Below, piece by piece: positions 52,446 to 64,000 of a stretch of DNA of 64,000 nucleotides (position 1 is its first letter; each line of letters starts with the position of its first letter). Both the position numbers and the translations under genes were made by a program. The DNA lies in assembly GCA_053919585.1 (NCBI GenBank), contig CM132788.1. One strand, 5' to 3'. The notes under the pieces are model-generated. The model made no database searches. It saw only the letters and a list, made by a program, of their open reading frames with translations, and was not told the DNA's origin. Origin of the DNA: Euprymna scolopes (taxonomy: Eukaryota).

Positions 52446-54566
52446 AGAACTGAACAATTCCCATTTTGAACTGAACGATTCCCATTTTGAGCTGAAGCAT
52501 TCCCGTTTTTAACTAAACTATTCCCATTTTGAAATGAAATATTTCCATTTAGTACTGAACTATTCCTATTTTGAAGTGAACTATTAACATTTTTAACTGA
52601 ACTATTCCCATTTTGAACTAAACTATTCCCATTTTGAACTGTACTATTCACATTTTGAACTAAACTATTCCCATTTTGAACCGAACTAATCCCATTTTGA
52701 ACTGCATTCTTCCCATTTTGAACTGAACTATTCCCATTTTGAACTGCACTATTCTCATTTTTTACTGGTCTATTCCCATTTTGAACTGAACTATTCCCAT
52801 TTGGAAATGAACTATTCCCATTGTGAATTGAACTACTCCCAATTTTAACTGAACTATTCCCATTTTGAACTGAACTATTCTCATTTTGAACTGAAGTATT
52901 CCAGTTTTTAACTGAACTCTTCCCATTTTGAAATGAACTATTAACATTTTGAATGAACTATTCCCATTTTACACAGAACTATTCCCATTTTGAACTGAAC
53001 TATTCCCATTTTGGACTGAACAATTCCAGCTTTGAAATGAACTATTCCCATTTTGAAATGAATTAGTCCCATTTTGAACTGAACTAATGCCATTATGAAC
53101 TGAACTATTCCCATTTTGAACGGAACTATCCCATTTTGAACTGAACTATTCCCATTTTGAACTGAACTATTCTCATTTTGAACTGAAGTATTCCAGTTTT
53201 TAACTGAACTCTTCCCATTTTGAAATGAACTATTAACATTTTGAATGAACTATTCCCATTTTACACAGAACTATTCCCATTTTGAACTGAACTATTCCCA
53301 TTTTGGACTGAACAATTCCAGCTTTGAAATGAACTATTCCCATTTTGAAATGAATTAGTCCCATTTTGAACTGAACTAATGCCATTATGAACTGAACTAT
53401 TCCCATTTTGAACGGAACTATCCCATTTTGAACTGAACTATTCCCATTTTGAACTGAACTATTCTCATTTTTAACTGAAGTATTCCAGTTTTTAACTGAA
53501 CTCTTCCCATTTTGAAATGAACTATTAACATTTTGAATGAACTATTCCCATTTTACACAGAACTATTCCCATTTTGAACGGAACTATCCCATTTTGAACT
53601 GAACTATTCCCATTTTGAGTTGAAGTATTCTCATTTTTAACTGAACTATTCCCATTTTGAACTGAACTATTCCCATTTTGAAATGAACTATTTCCATTTT
53701 GAAATGAACTATTCCCATTTTGAACTGAAATATTGACATTTTTAACTGAACTATTCCTATTTTAAAATGAAGTTTTCCCATTTTGAACTGAACTATTCCC
53801 ATTTTGAACTGAACTATTCCCATTTTTTACTGATCTATTCCCATTTTGAACTGAACTATTCCCATTTTAAACTGAACTATCGCCATTTCGAACTGCACTA
53901 TTCCCATTTTGAAATTAACTATTCCCATTTTACACAGAACTATTCACATTTTGAACTGAACAATTCTCCTTTTGAACTGAACTATTCCCATTCTGTAATC
54001 GAACAATTCCTATTTTGAATCGAACTAGTCAAATTTTGAAAAGAACTATTCACATTTTGAACTGAACTATCCCTATTTTTAACTGAACTATTCCCATTTT
54101 GAACTGGACTATTCCCATTTTAAACTGAACTATTCCCATTTTGAACTGAACTATTCCCATTTTTACTGATCTATTCCCATTTTGAACTGAACTAATCCTA
54201 TTTTGAACTGAACTCTCCCCATTTTGAACTGAATTATTTCCATTTTGAACTGAACTATTCTAATTTCGGACTGATCTATTTCCATTTTGAAATGAACTAT
54301 TCCCATTTTGAACTGAACTATTTCCATTTTGAACTTAACTATTCCCATTTTGAACTTGACTATTCCCAGTTTGAGCTGAACTATTCCCAGTTTGAATCGA
54401 ACTATTCCCATTTTGAACTTAGCTTTTCCCATTTTGAACTGAACTATTCACATTTTGAAATGAAGTATTCCCATTTATAATTGGACTATTCCCATTTTGA
54501 AATGAACCATTCCCATTTTGAAATGAACTATTTCCATTTTTACCTGAACTATTCCCATTTTGAGCT
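52446..54566. repeat. 21-bp minisatellite (actattcccattttgaactga), ~100 diverged copies
   Basis: Read directly. It generates the (MGIVQFK)n, (NYSHFEL)n and (QNGNSSV)n ORFs. Confidence 0.97.
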
Positions 54567-55399
54567 GGAAAAGGTACAGAGTGTTCGAACCGCTGGAAGT
54601 CGTGAACATTTCATGAACGCTAGTTGACTTAGTTGAAGTTATTATTTCGCAGACAGTGTCCAGCTTTAAGTATTCTTAAATAGACTTGATAATTTGAATG
54701 AAACAATAATTAGTCTTTAGATTTGCAGACACTAATGTTTCATGCTTCCGCCAATTGCATTTATTTTTTATAAACTTTATTTTTTATATGATTTTCTATG
54801 CAAGCATGAAGAGCCATCAGCTTCACATTGGACAAACAATGTTTATGTGAATTTTTCTAGACATTTCCAATGCATTGGGTGAGCAGTATTATCCAAAAAA
54901 ACACCACCCACGCTAGTTCCTGTCTAATAAAACTAGTATCAATATTAAGATATGCTTAAAGTCGTTCATGCGTAGATTTGAAACTGCATAACTCAAACAT
55001 GTTAGTTCTGTATACGTCACCACAGGACTTTTGAAGAGATATCTGTACATGAAAAATGGCAATGGTACATGCTTGTACTACGCATATAATCCTAAGCTTC
55101 TGAGTTTTAACAATTATAATAGACTATCTTGCGACAAATTTAAACCTTGAATTTCTAGTTCCCGCGGTATGGTTACCCTCTAGAATATCAGTGGGAGGCT
55201 AGTGGGCGCTATAACTTGCCGAATGGTGACCTGTAAATGTTCAAAGTAACGGTGTTCATCTCCTTGATGTATTATTTATACCTGCATGCCCATATATACA
55301 CACACACATACATATACGCATACAACTATATAAATTGTTTGTTATTCGTCGCATTGTCAAAGTAATGAACAAACACGTCCTACTCTTATAAGAGAAATC

Positions 55400-55505
55400 C
55401 TCTCGAACAGTTGTGCGTGGATTGGCTTTGACTAAGGCTCTTACTTGATTGTTGTCAGCGTCCGATGGCCGACCACTCTGCTCATCATCTTCAAGACTGT
55501 CGAGC
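55400..55505 (-). mobile_element. Mariner transposase fragment (linker plus second HTH)
   Basis: SLEDDEQSGRPSDADNNQVRALVKANPRTTVRE matches the mariner SLED..RSGRP....D...L.A.VEA.PR.T.RE pattern. Confidence 0.8.
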
Positions 55506-55579
55506 AATGCCGGGTCACTGGAAAAATGGTTGCGTTGTTTTACTGCTACAGAAGTTATTTAACTCCCGGCGCAATCATC

Positions 55580-56046
55580 TTTTTTTTTCTTTTTTTTTTT
55601 TACAAGGTGGTCACCACTTATCAAGGCCCGGAAGCCACTCAAGGATACGGGTTATTGTCAGTACAGTACGTTAGTGTGGATATTTAAAGTGTCGACAATG
55701 GGGTGGTTCATCAGGAATTTGTTTACGTTAGACTTAAAGACATACAAGTTGTAGTCAGGAGGGAAGCAGGCAGACGGAACAGAGTTCCACAGGCGTGCAG
55801 TTCTAAGAAAGAAGCTTTGTTCATGGAATCTACGTTTTGATTTAGGCACAGATAAGAGTGGGGAAAGTTTTTGACAATGGATTCAGCTAGACGGGTGTTT
55901 TTTGTAAAAGATTGGCGAGGGCGACTAGATATTGGAGTTCAGACGAGCACCTGCCATGGAAATAACGATAAAACAAAGATAGGCTTGCAACGTCTCTTCT
56001 GTGGGAGAGAGGTTGCAGGGAAGAGAAAAGGGCATCCCCCACTAAG
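55580..56046 (-). mobile_element. 5'-truncated CR1/Zenon LINE 3' end with poly(A) tail
   Basis: Contains LVGDALFSSLQPLS...PKSKRRFHEQSFFLRTARLWNSVPSACFPPDYNLYVFKSNVNKFL. The T-run at 55580-55601 is the tail. Homologous to 59641-60090. Confidence 0.92.
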
Positions 56047-56224
56047 TCAGATAAGTCCTAAAATGGATTCCTGTGGCCATATTTGAGCGGGTGCTTCTCA
56101 AAGACCCTATCCTGCCTTGACAAAGTTCAAAACTGACTTTGAAACCTAGTAAGTGACGCGCTTTTTTCTTCCCTGCAACTCACATAAGATATTTTGCGAG
56201 CCTGCCTCTGTTCTATTGTTATTT
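56047..56224 (+). mobile_element. Oppositely oriented CR1/Zenon RT C-terminal fragment
   Basis: QISPKMDSCGHI*AGAS...LSCLDKVQN*L*NLVSDAL...ASLPLFYCY. Confidence 0.8.
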
Positions 56225-56279
56225 AACAAGTTCCCATCTGAACTTTAAGTAACTCCCATGTAGAACATTATACATGTGT

Positions 56280-56355
56280 ATGTGTGTGTGTGTGTGTGTG
56301 TGTGCGTCAGTATGTGTGTGTGTTTGTGTGCGTGTGTGTGTATGTGTGTGTGTGT
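56280..56355. repeat. Imperfect (TG)n microsatellite
   Basis: Read directly. Confidence 0.95.
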
Positions 56356-58207
56356 TGGCCATATTGCAATATTCTCTCTTTTTAGGTGAAAGGAACACAG
56401 TTAGGATCTCATTAGTTGAGTTTTAATTTAATATGCATTTCAAACTCTGGTCGTCGCGGTGAGCTGCTCTTAAAAGGTGTTTATAATGCTTGAAGCTGAG
56501 GTTCGAATCGTTTGACCTCTAATTGGATGGCTTTGGGAATGGAATGCTTCACCAATATAGACAAATATATCTTATTATGTACCTGTTCGTATGCATGAAA
56601 GAAGCACAACCATGGAAATTGAGTTAATATTGATATGAAAACCTTTGCGTGTTATTACTTAAAACGCCGAGGCAGAGTGGAAAATATAACAACCAGTTAT
56701 TTAAATCGTATAAATAAGCATGCATGTGTATTCACTGACTGTTAATTTGAACATATGGACAGATATTCATAAATAAATAAAAATAAATAATTTAAAAACG
56801 AGAAACAAATGAACGGATAAAAAGGCGAGAAATAAATACATAAATAGAGCTTATTAATAAAATACAATGATAATGAAGTCGTCACCAGAAAAGAAAATAC
56901 AGCAATAAATACCTAAGATAAAAAAGTAACAGCGATGAAGGTATAATATTACTTCAGATCAAAGCGAAAACTTAGGCCAATAAACAATCGCCAAGTTAAA
57001 ATAACACCAATACCTCCGCGCTGCGGCAGTTTGATTACACGGGACCGTACTTCTCCCCCTTTCTTAACTCCCACACTACTTCCTTTCTTCCCTACAAAAC
57101 CTCTACTGCTCACATCCATAAAATACACTCCCCCAATTTCTTTCATTTATAAAAAACAAATGTAATCTTTACTCTCGTTTCACTATCGCTCCTTTTTTAG
57201 TCTGATGAAATGGTCTCCTTAAATGGTAATTTCACTGAAATATGTATTCACATATGTAGCCAATAATGTTTGTAAACCAGGCATATATAAGAAAATAAAT
57301 ATAGAAAATTACAATAAAGATTTCAATAAGATTTCGAAAGTTATTTGTTTTCTCTTCAGTAGAAAGCACTAACAAAATATATTAAAAACAAACTTAAATA
57401 CAGAAACGATAAAGTTTTACATTTTATACTTTATGGCAAGTTTTCCTCACGCTTCAGATTCCTAAAAAATAACACAACGCTTATATTTGCTTGTATTGAT
57501 TTCGAAACATTTATCGATAAACAAAAAATTCCTTTTTACATTTCTGTTTTTTTCTTTTTTAACATTTGTTGATCCAATAAATTTTGTAAATTTTTATGCT
57601 GCATCATTTGAATATCGAGCATTATGTTTTCAGGTTGATGTCTGTAAATATGCATCTTTTTAATATTTTATAACAACAGGAATTGATAAATACATGTAAT
57701 CAAGGAATATGTTTTGACGAGATATTTTTCTGGGTAGTTTTTCTTTTAGACAGAAAAATCTATAACGTGCAGCAAATATGAGTTTATAATATTTCTATAA
57801 AAATAGTTTTTATTGTATGTTAAATATAAAACTGATCTAAATGAGATAAATTAATAATACTAATAAATACTCAGAAAGTAATATTTTGTTACATAGTTCA
57901 ATACAAAAAGTAAAATTACATTGTGTGAGGATATCTTGGTAGACAATATTCCATTTTTACGTAACATTTCGTTAATTCTTTTCTTTTTTGTGGAGAAAAG
58001 CTACGATTACAACAATGATCATATATTTCTATAATAATATTCGATAATGAAGCAATATCAAAGGAAGATCACTCCTATATTGTTTCCAGGGTTGCTTGAT
58101 TGGCCTTTTAAAGTCAGATTTCACAAATCTGTCCTTTTTTGAAGAAGTTTGGTCTTCAGAAATTATATATTTAACGTATAGACTAACTAAGGAAGCGGAA
58201 AGCAGAA

Positions 58208-58793
58208 TCTGTACAAGTATATAAATGTAACTTTGGCTCTGTGTGTGAGTTCTTCCTTATAGACTTCGAAACGGCTGAACATATTTCCTTTAAAATTTAC
58301 ATAACTTTAGTGTATAAGTCTTAAGATCTTAGTTAAGTTTGGTCGCAGAATACCCCTGACAATTACCGATAATCGATAATCGAAACTGTTATTTTTATTT
58401 ATATATCATCGGTAAAGCCATTTTCCCATGTCGTCGCTTAGCAACAATGTTAGAACAACGGGCCGTGAAAATTATACTGTGATTGTGTGTGTTTTTTTGG
58501 GGGGGGTGTTTTTTTGTTTTGTTTTTTAATGACCTGGTCGCACCTCGCACGTAAATTTCTTAATATTTTGTTTTCGTTAACTGGAAAGAAGTTTATATAA
58601 AATAATTTTATAACAGAAACGGTAGGTTCTCTAGAGTGCAATGTAGAATAATATATATTTTCGACTAATTTACTGCATGAAAGCATATGAAACTTTCTCC
58701 CGGGCGATTTCATGGATTCGATGACAATAAAAATATAGGAGTGTGAAATTTGATCATCATTCAATCTCGGGCAACGTCTTGGCTCTTTGCTAG
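58208..58793 (+). mobile_element. Non-autonomous Helitron-like element (~586 bp)
   Basis: Begins A|TCtgtacaagtatataaa and ends cgggcaacgtcttggctctttgCTAG|T, giving canonical 5'-TC and 3'-CTRR termini inserted between A and T. Confidence 0.7.
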
Positions 58794-59106
58794 TATTATA
58801 TAGATTACTATTAAGAGTAGCGTGTGTGCGTGTTTATTGTTTCAGTTATAGAAATTATCAAATTTCTATAACTGTTGCACCAGATTAATTTTCAATTACG
58901 TGCATCGTCTTGAGTGAATATTGAGATTTGTCCAGATGATGACCCATAAAACATGTGTGTGCTGACCGTTTAATTTAATCATCTATCATTAATATCCTAC
59001 TAATGACAACTCAATGCAGGAAAAATTGCTATGCACACAAATATTTTATTATGCACACACACACACACACACACACAGACCCATATGGTATCTGGTTTAA
59101 CTATGG

Positions 59107-59157
<51 letters not shown>

Positions 59158-59282
59158 GTAAGTAAACTAGCTCTACCTACGTATTGAGCACTTTTGAAGT
59201 AAATACTTAAAGTTTACGCATAGATTTATACTTTCGTATATTAATTTCATGTGAGTAAATTAAGTAGTTATATATATATATA

Positions 59283-59330
<48 letters not shown>

Positions 59331-59559
59331 TAAAATTCTATATTAAACATCCAAAAATACTTACACAGATTAATATACGTTTTTCATGATGTTAATCGTC
59401 ATGTCAGCGGCTCAAACAATAATGCTGTGACCCTCACGAGACAAGATTAGCATCGTCGAAACGTAGATGTATTCGCGTAGGGGTGTTAATGTAATTTTAC
59501 TTTCAAAAGCTCTGCAAAATTATTGAGTACTTGTAAAAGATGATGTTTGTTTTCAATAC

Positions 59560-59571
59560 ATTGGAACTTAT

Positions 59572-59625
<54 letters not shown>

Positions 59626-59637
59626 ATAAGTTCCAAT
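59560..59637. repeat. Perfect palindrome: attggaacttatgtac-(TA)n-gtacataagttccaat
   Basis: The 16-bp unique arms are exact reverse complements around a self-complementary (TA)n core. Confidence 0.95.
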
Positions 59638-59640
59638 ATA

Positions 59641-62606
59641 AGAGGCCACTCAGGGATAAGGGTTATTGCGTGTACAGTAATCAATCAGATAGTATTGTAA
59701 TCATTATTAGTATTGGAGATTGGATAGAGTGTCTTACTTAAGGGGGCAGTTTGTGAGGAATTTGTTTATGTTGGACTTGAAGACATCCAAGTTGTAGTCA
59801 GGTGGGAAACGTGCAAACGGAAGAGAGTTCCACAGTCGTGCACTTCTGAGAAAGAAGCTCTGGTCATGGAATCTACGTTTGGATTTAGGCACAGCTAAAG
59901 AGTGGGGAAAATTATTGACAGTAGTTTCAGCCAGACGGGTGTTTCTAGTGAAAGATTGGCGAGGGGGACGAGAGATTGGAGCTCAGACGAGCACTTGCCA
60001 TGGAAATAACAATAAAAAAGAGACAGGCTCGCAACGTCTCTTCTGTGGGAGAGAGGCTGCAGGGAAGAGAAAAGGGCATCTCCCACTAAGCTACGAAGTC
60101 TATTTTGTACTCTGTCAAGACAGGATAGGCTGTTTTTAGAAGCTCCTACCCAGATGTGGCAGCAGTACTCCATCCTTGGACGTACTTGCTTTTTATACAG
60201 AGAGAGAATTGCATCAATAGTGAGATACCTTCTGGAGCGGTAGAAGGATCCCACCATTTTCCCAGAGTCCTTGGCAATAGACCGGATTTACGTGTTCCAT
60301 TTCAGATCAGGAGTAAAGATCAAACCCAGAAGCTTGTCAAAAAATGGAGCCTCCCCAAGACGAGAACCATCCATTTCAATTGATGCCAGATGGGGATCAG
60401 AGCATTGATGATATAAAGAAGTCTGGTTTTGGATGCATTAAAAGTGGCTAGCCACCTCTTCCCCCATTGTACCACGCGCTCGAGATCAGAGGAGAGAGAA
60501 TTAGAGAGAACTTTGTCATTTACGAGTTGTTGAAAAGCACTTCTCCTTAAGGCAACGCTTAAACAGTTTTGTAAGTAGGGGGGCAAGTTCTGGTTGGAGC
60601 TTTTTCAACACTATAATTGGAATGCCGTCAGGGCCAGTTGCTTTACTGGAACCAAGGTTCTTGATAAGCTTGGCGACCTCACGCACATATATTTGTATGT
60701 TGTATAGCGTGTTGTCTGTTATAGGAGGAAATACGGGGAGATGATGGCCTTCGTCGTATAGGGTAGAATTTGCTGCAAAGTTCTTTGCAAATAGTCTGGC
60801 CTTGTCTGATGTTGACGAGATGGCCTCAGGTCCATTAATGATGGTTGGGATAGAACGCACGCTTCTGTTCAGGATCCTGTTTGCTATTTGCCAAAACTGG
60901 TGGGAACCAAGCCGCTGCTCAGCTACTTTGGATTTAACGGACTGAGTTTATAGCTCTCTTGCATTTTTATTACTCTTTTACAGTGGTTGCTGGCAGGCCT
61001 GAAAGCAGCTTTAGTCTCAGTACATCTATTACGTTGGTAGCTATGGGAAAAGTGATTTCTGTGTGCGATGGCAGCAGCACATTCGGGGGAGAACCATGGC
61101 TGGCTGTTGGGTTTTTGTTGAAATATTTTTGATGGTATGAATCGGTCTATGCCTACAGGTCTGATACTATAGAGGACACTTCCTTTTTAAACATGTAATG
61201 CAGAGGTAGATCACATATGAATGTACGGAAGGTATCCCAGTCAGTCATAGAGTATCGATATACAGTACGGTGGAGAGGTATGTCTGAAGACTTATTATAT
61301 TTAATTTTTATCTTAACTGATGCAACGGAGTGGTCGGAGGATCCCAGAGGAGATAGAACAGAACATGAACATAGCTCAGGGGAAGTTGTGGAGAAAAGGT
61401 CTAGAAGGCTTGTATACTGACCGGTAGTATCGGGCACACGGATGGGTTCGTGAACAATCTGAGTGAGGTCATAGGCAGTGGCAAAATCATAACAGAACCT
61501 CCCCTCGTCATCGGTCTTATTTAAGTGGGTCAGCCATTCCACATTATGGACATTGAAGTCACCGCAAATGTGAATGTTAGCCGAAGGATGAGCAGACAGG
61601 ATGTTGTCAATTTTCTCAGATATTCTCTTAAAGATAGTAACCCCACTGTGGTGGGGGCGATAGAGGGCAAATATAAATGCAGTGGTGTAAGCTAGTGCAA
61701 TCCTGAAGCACATATAAGGTAAATTAGGATCTTCTCTGGAGATATTCCTACCACATTGAAAGCCATCTTTAATGTAGGCACATATTCCATGCCCATGGCG
61801 ATCTTGGAGGTCAGATTTAGATGTTAAGTTAGAGTATCCTTTAATTGTGAATTCGTCTATGGAAGTGGTTGGCTCTATACCAGTTTCACTTAGACAGAAT
61901 ATGTCCGGTTTCGTCTACTGTAATTGTGTTTCAACCTCTGGAAGGTTGGAACGTAGACCCCTGATGTTGGAGAAGGAGACCTGGTAGTAGGGGTCTACAT
62001 TAGGGGATGGGGTTCTAGGTTTATTCGTGTTTTGTTTTTGGAGATTTGTCATGTTGAAGTTTTGGGATTTGTGGAGCAGGTCGATAGACTTGGTTGGAGC
62101 AGGACGGAGAGGGAAAGTAAGAGAGAGAAAGACAAGAAATTGTTTTTTGTAGCACATGATAAGGTAAAGCCGTAACACTTACTCACTAGTATGGCGTCAA
62201 GAGGCCCTACCAGAAACTATAGTATGGTCCAGAATCCATTAACCAAATGGCTATACAGCAGCCCCGGTATGTGCACCCGCTGATAGGACAGCTTCCTTAG
62301 TGGTTAATCCAAGGTTCGGGTCCCTGACTATCAGGCGGATAACGTCAATCCGGATGAAATGTTTACCTCCAGCACCCTTACTAGTGACATGACCACAAAG
62401 ATAGACATAGAAACAGAAATGTCCGACATCTCAGGCTACTGTTCACAAAGTACTACCGACCTGGAAAGCAGCTTTTTCTTCGCCCTTTGTCAGAAAAATC
62501 ATTCATTGAAAATGAGGACTGAACGACAAAAAAGGAGAAGCGAGAGTTACTGGAGCTGCCGATAACACATCCACATGCATTATCTACTCTCCATTAAAAA
62601 AAGAAA
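59641..62606 (-). mobile_element. Single-ORF CR1/Zenon-type LINE with intact 5' end, APE endonuclease and an RT whose catalytic core is deleted; pseudogenised
   Basis: Probable ATG at 62052. Motifs in order: NIRGLRSN, LSET, LYRP, GDFNVH, LLDLF, SSDH (APE); PWFS; KATGPDGIP; DL..VVQWG..WL.TFN.SKT; YKKQVRPRMEYCCHIW; RRDVASLSLFY. Several stops and frameshifts. Confidence 0.95.
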
Positions 62607-62732
62607 AGTGAGAAGGATTTATTAATATCTACTTAAAATCCGTTGCCCCATTCCCAGCTTAGGATAATACTTGATTGGTTTACTTTTAAAAAAGCTTTCT
62701 ATACTTCTTTAACACGTTTCTAATATATATAT

Positions 62733-63156
62733 ACTAGCAGGACGCCCGGAATTTCCCGGTCGTAAAATACGCTTAAATATGATATTTTGATTTATGCAGA
62801 TAGTAATGATTAGAAAAGTTTTTTTTTAAATGACCCGTGCGCCACAACCGAGAATCCAAACCAAAACGTTTAACTTACAATTTGCTTTTTCCTTTGATGT
62901 TAATGTCTGAGCTATGATAACATGTTTGCTGCAAGACTAAAACATGAATCAATAGCTATTACGTTACGCATGCATATTCGTAATGCCGTCGTTCGACCTT
63001 CACCTGGAAAATTCAATTTTTTTACACTTGTGCACCTATTTTACCTGGCTAAAACATAAATATAAAGTTTCGCATAGTTTCGAGTATCCTATATATTAAG
63101 TTTTATGTCTGTAGACCCAAAACTGACAGAGATATTTGGAAGGCAAAATGTCTTAA

Positions 63157-63160
<4 letters not shown>
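62733..63160 (-). mobile_element. Non-autonomous Helitron-like element related to 42650-43038
   Basis: The minus-strand 3' end is accgggaaattccgggcgtcctgCTAGt. The adjacent ~70 bp are shared with 42970-43038. The far boundary is approximate. Confidence 0.65.
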
Positions 63161-63192
<32 letters not shown>

Positions 63193-63673
63193 GCATACAT
63201 AAATATAAGAGAGAAACGCAAGTATAAATCATGTAGAATATCTGCATGAATATAATTACACGTAATACTTTACTAAAGATGATCATTTCATAGGAAACCC
63301 GAAAAAACTAATAAGGAATTAATTAAAATGAATGTTTAAAAGAATATGCAAATTAGCTAGATCTTTTGCAGATGATTGCAGTTTCACGGCCCATATATAA
63401 GAAAGGTGTATTTTCTTTTTGAATAAATAGAAAAAATACATTTTTAATATGAATATTAATACACACAAAAAAAAAATTTATAGGAGTATAACAGATATAT
63501 GTTAGGTATTTTACTGTTTGTACATTTGAGTGTACATGATTCAATTTTTAACTAATTAACCCATCATTAAGCATATTGAAACGAAACTGCTCTGCGTAAT
63601 GTTGGCTATATTTTATTTAATTTATTTCTATGAAAAAAATTGTGTAAATCGTGGTGGAGTCACATCATGGAGA

Positions 63674-64000
63674 TTGATTTTGTGACAATAGTCATTTGAT
63701 TTTGTGACAATAGTCATTTGATTTTGTGACAATAGTCATTTGATTTTGTGACAATAGTCATTTGATTTTGTGACAATAGTCATTTGATTTTGTGACAATA
63801 GTCATTTGATTTTGTGACAATCGTCATTTGATTTTGTGACAATAGTCATTTGATTTTGTGACAATAGTCATTTGATTTTGTGACAATAGTCATTTGATTT
63901 TGTGACAATAGTCATTTGATTTTGTGACAATAGTCATTTGATTTTGTGACAATAGTCATTTGATTTTGTGACAATAGTCATTTGATTTTGTGACAATAGT
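63674..64000. repeat. 22-bp tandem repeat (tttgattttgtgacaatagtca), ~15 near-identical copies, continuing past the window edge
   Basis: Read directly; I see one variant (caatcgtca near 63821). Confidence 0.98.

Noticed and set aside
52382-54480. Repetitive ORFs on both strands (MGIVQFK / NYSHFEL / QNGNSSV)
   Set aside because: Artefacts of a 21-bp repeat that is open in several frames, with frequent indels.
56450-56512. B-box-like ggttcgaatc suggesting a tRNA or SINE
   Set aside because: No cloverleaf or clear A box.

Overview
AT-rich, repeat-dominated eukaryotic DNA from an invertebrate. The TTAGGG-type motifs, CR1/Zenon LINEs, Penelope-like elements, mariner/maT transposons, Helitron-type elements and (TA)n tracts would fit a mollusc such as a cephalopod, but that is inference. 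I can support no host gene. About 58% of the window is one ~37.2-kb array of a 27-bp satellite (3647-40873, ~1,380 monomers) with layered block duplications. Its monomer carries a TAAT-N3-ATTA palindrome, and the array runs directly into a decayed CR1-type RT C-terminus, which suggests it arose from LINE sequence. The rest holds a 39-bp minisatellite containing telomeric CCCTAA, 21-bp and 22-bp tandem arrays, several defective CR1/Zenon LINE pieces and a 5'-truncated Penelope-like GIY-YIG element between (TA)n tracts. There is also an inverted repeat carrying a minimal hammerhead-ribozyme motif, Tc1/mariner remnants, Helitron-type non-autonomous elements, a 5S-derived fragment and two assembly gaps. 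All family assignments come from motif recognition by eye; no database search was run.
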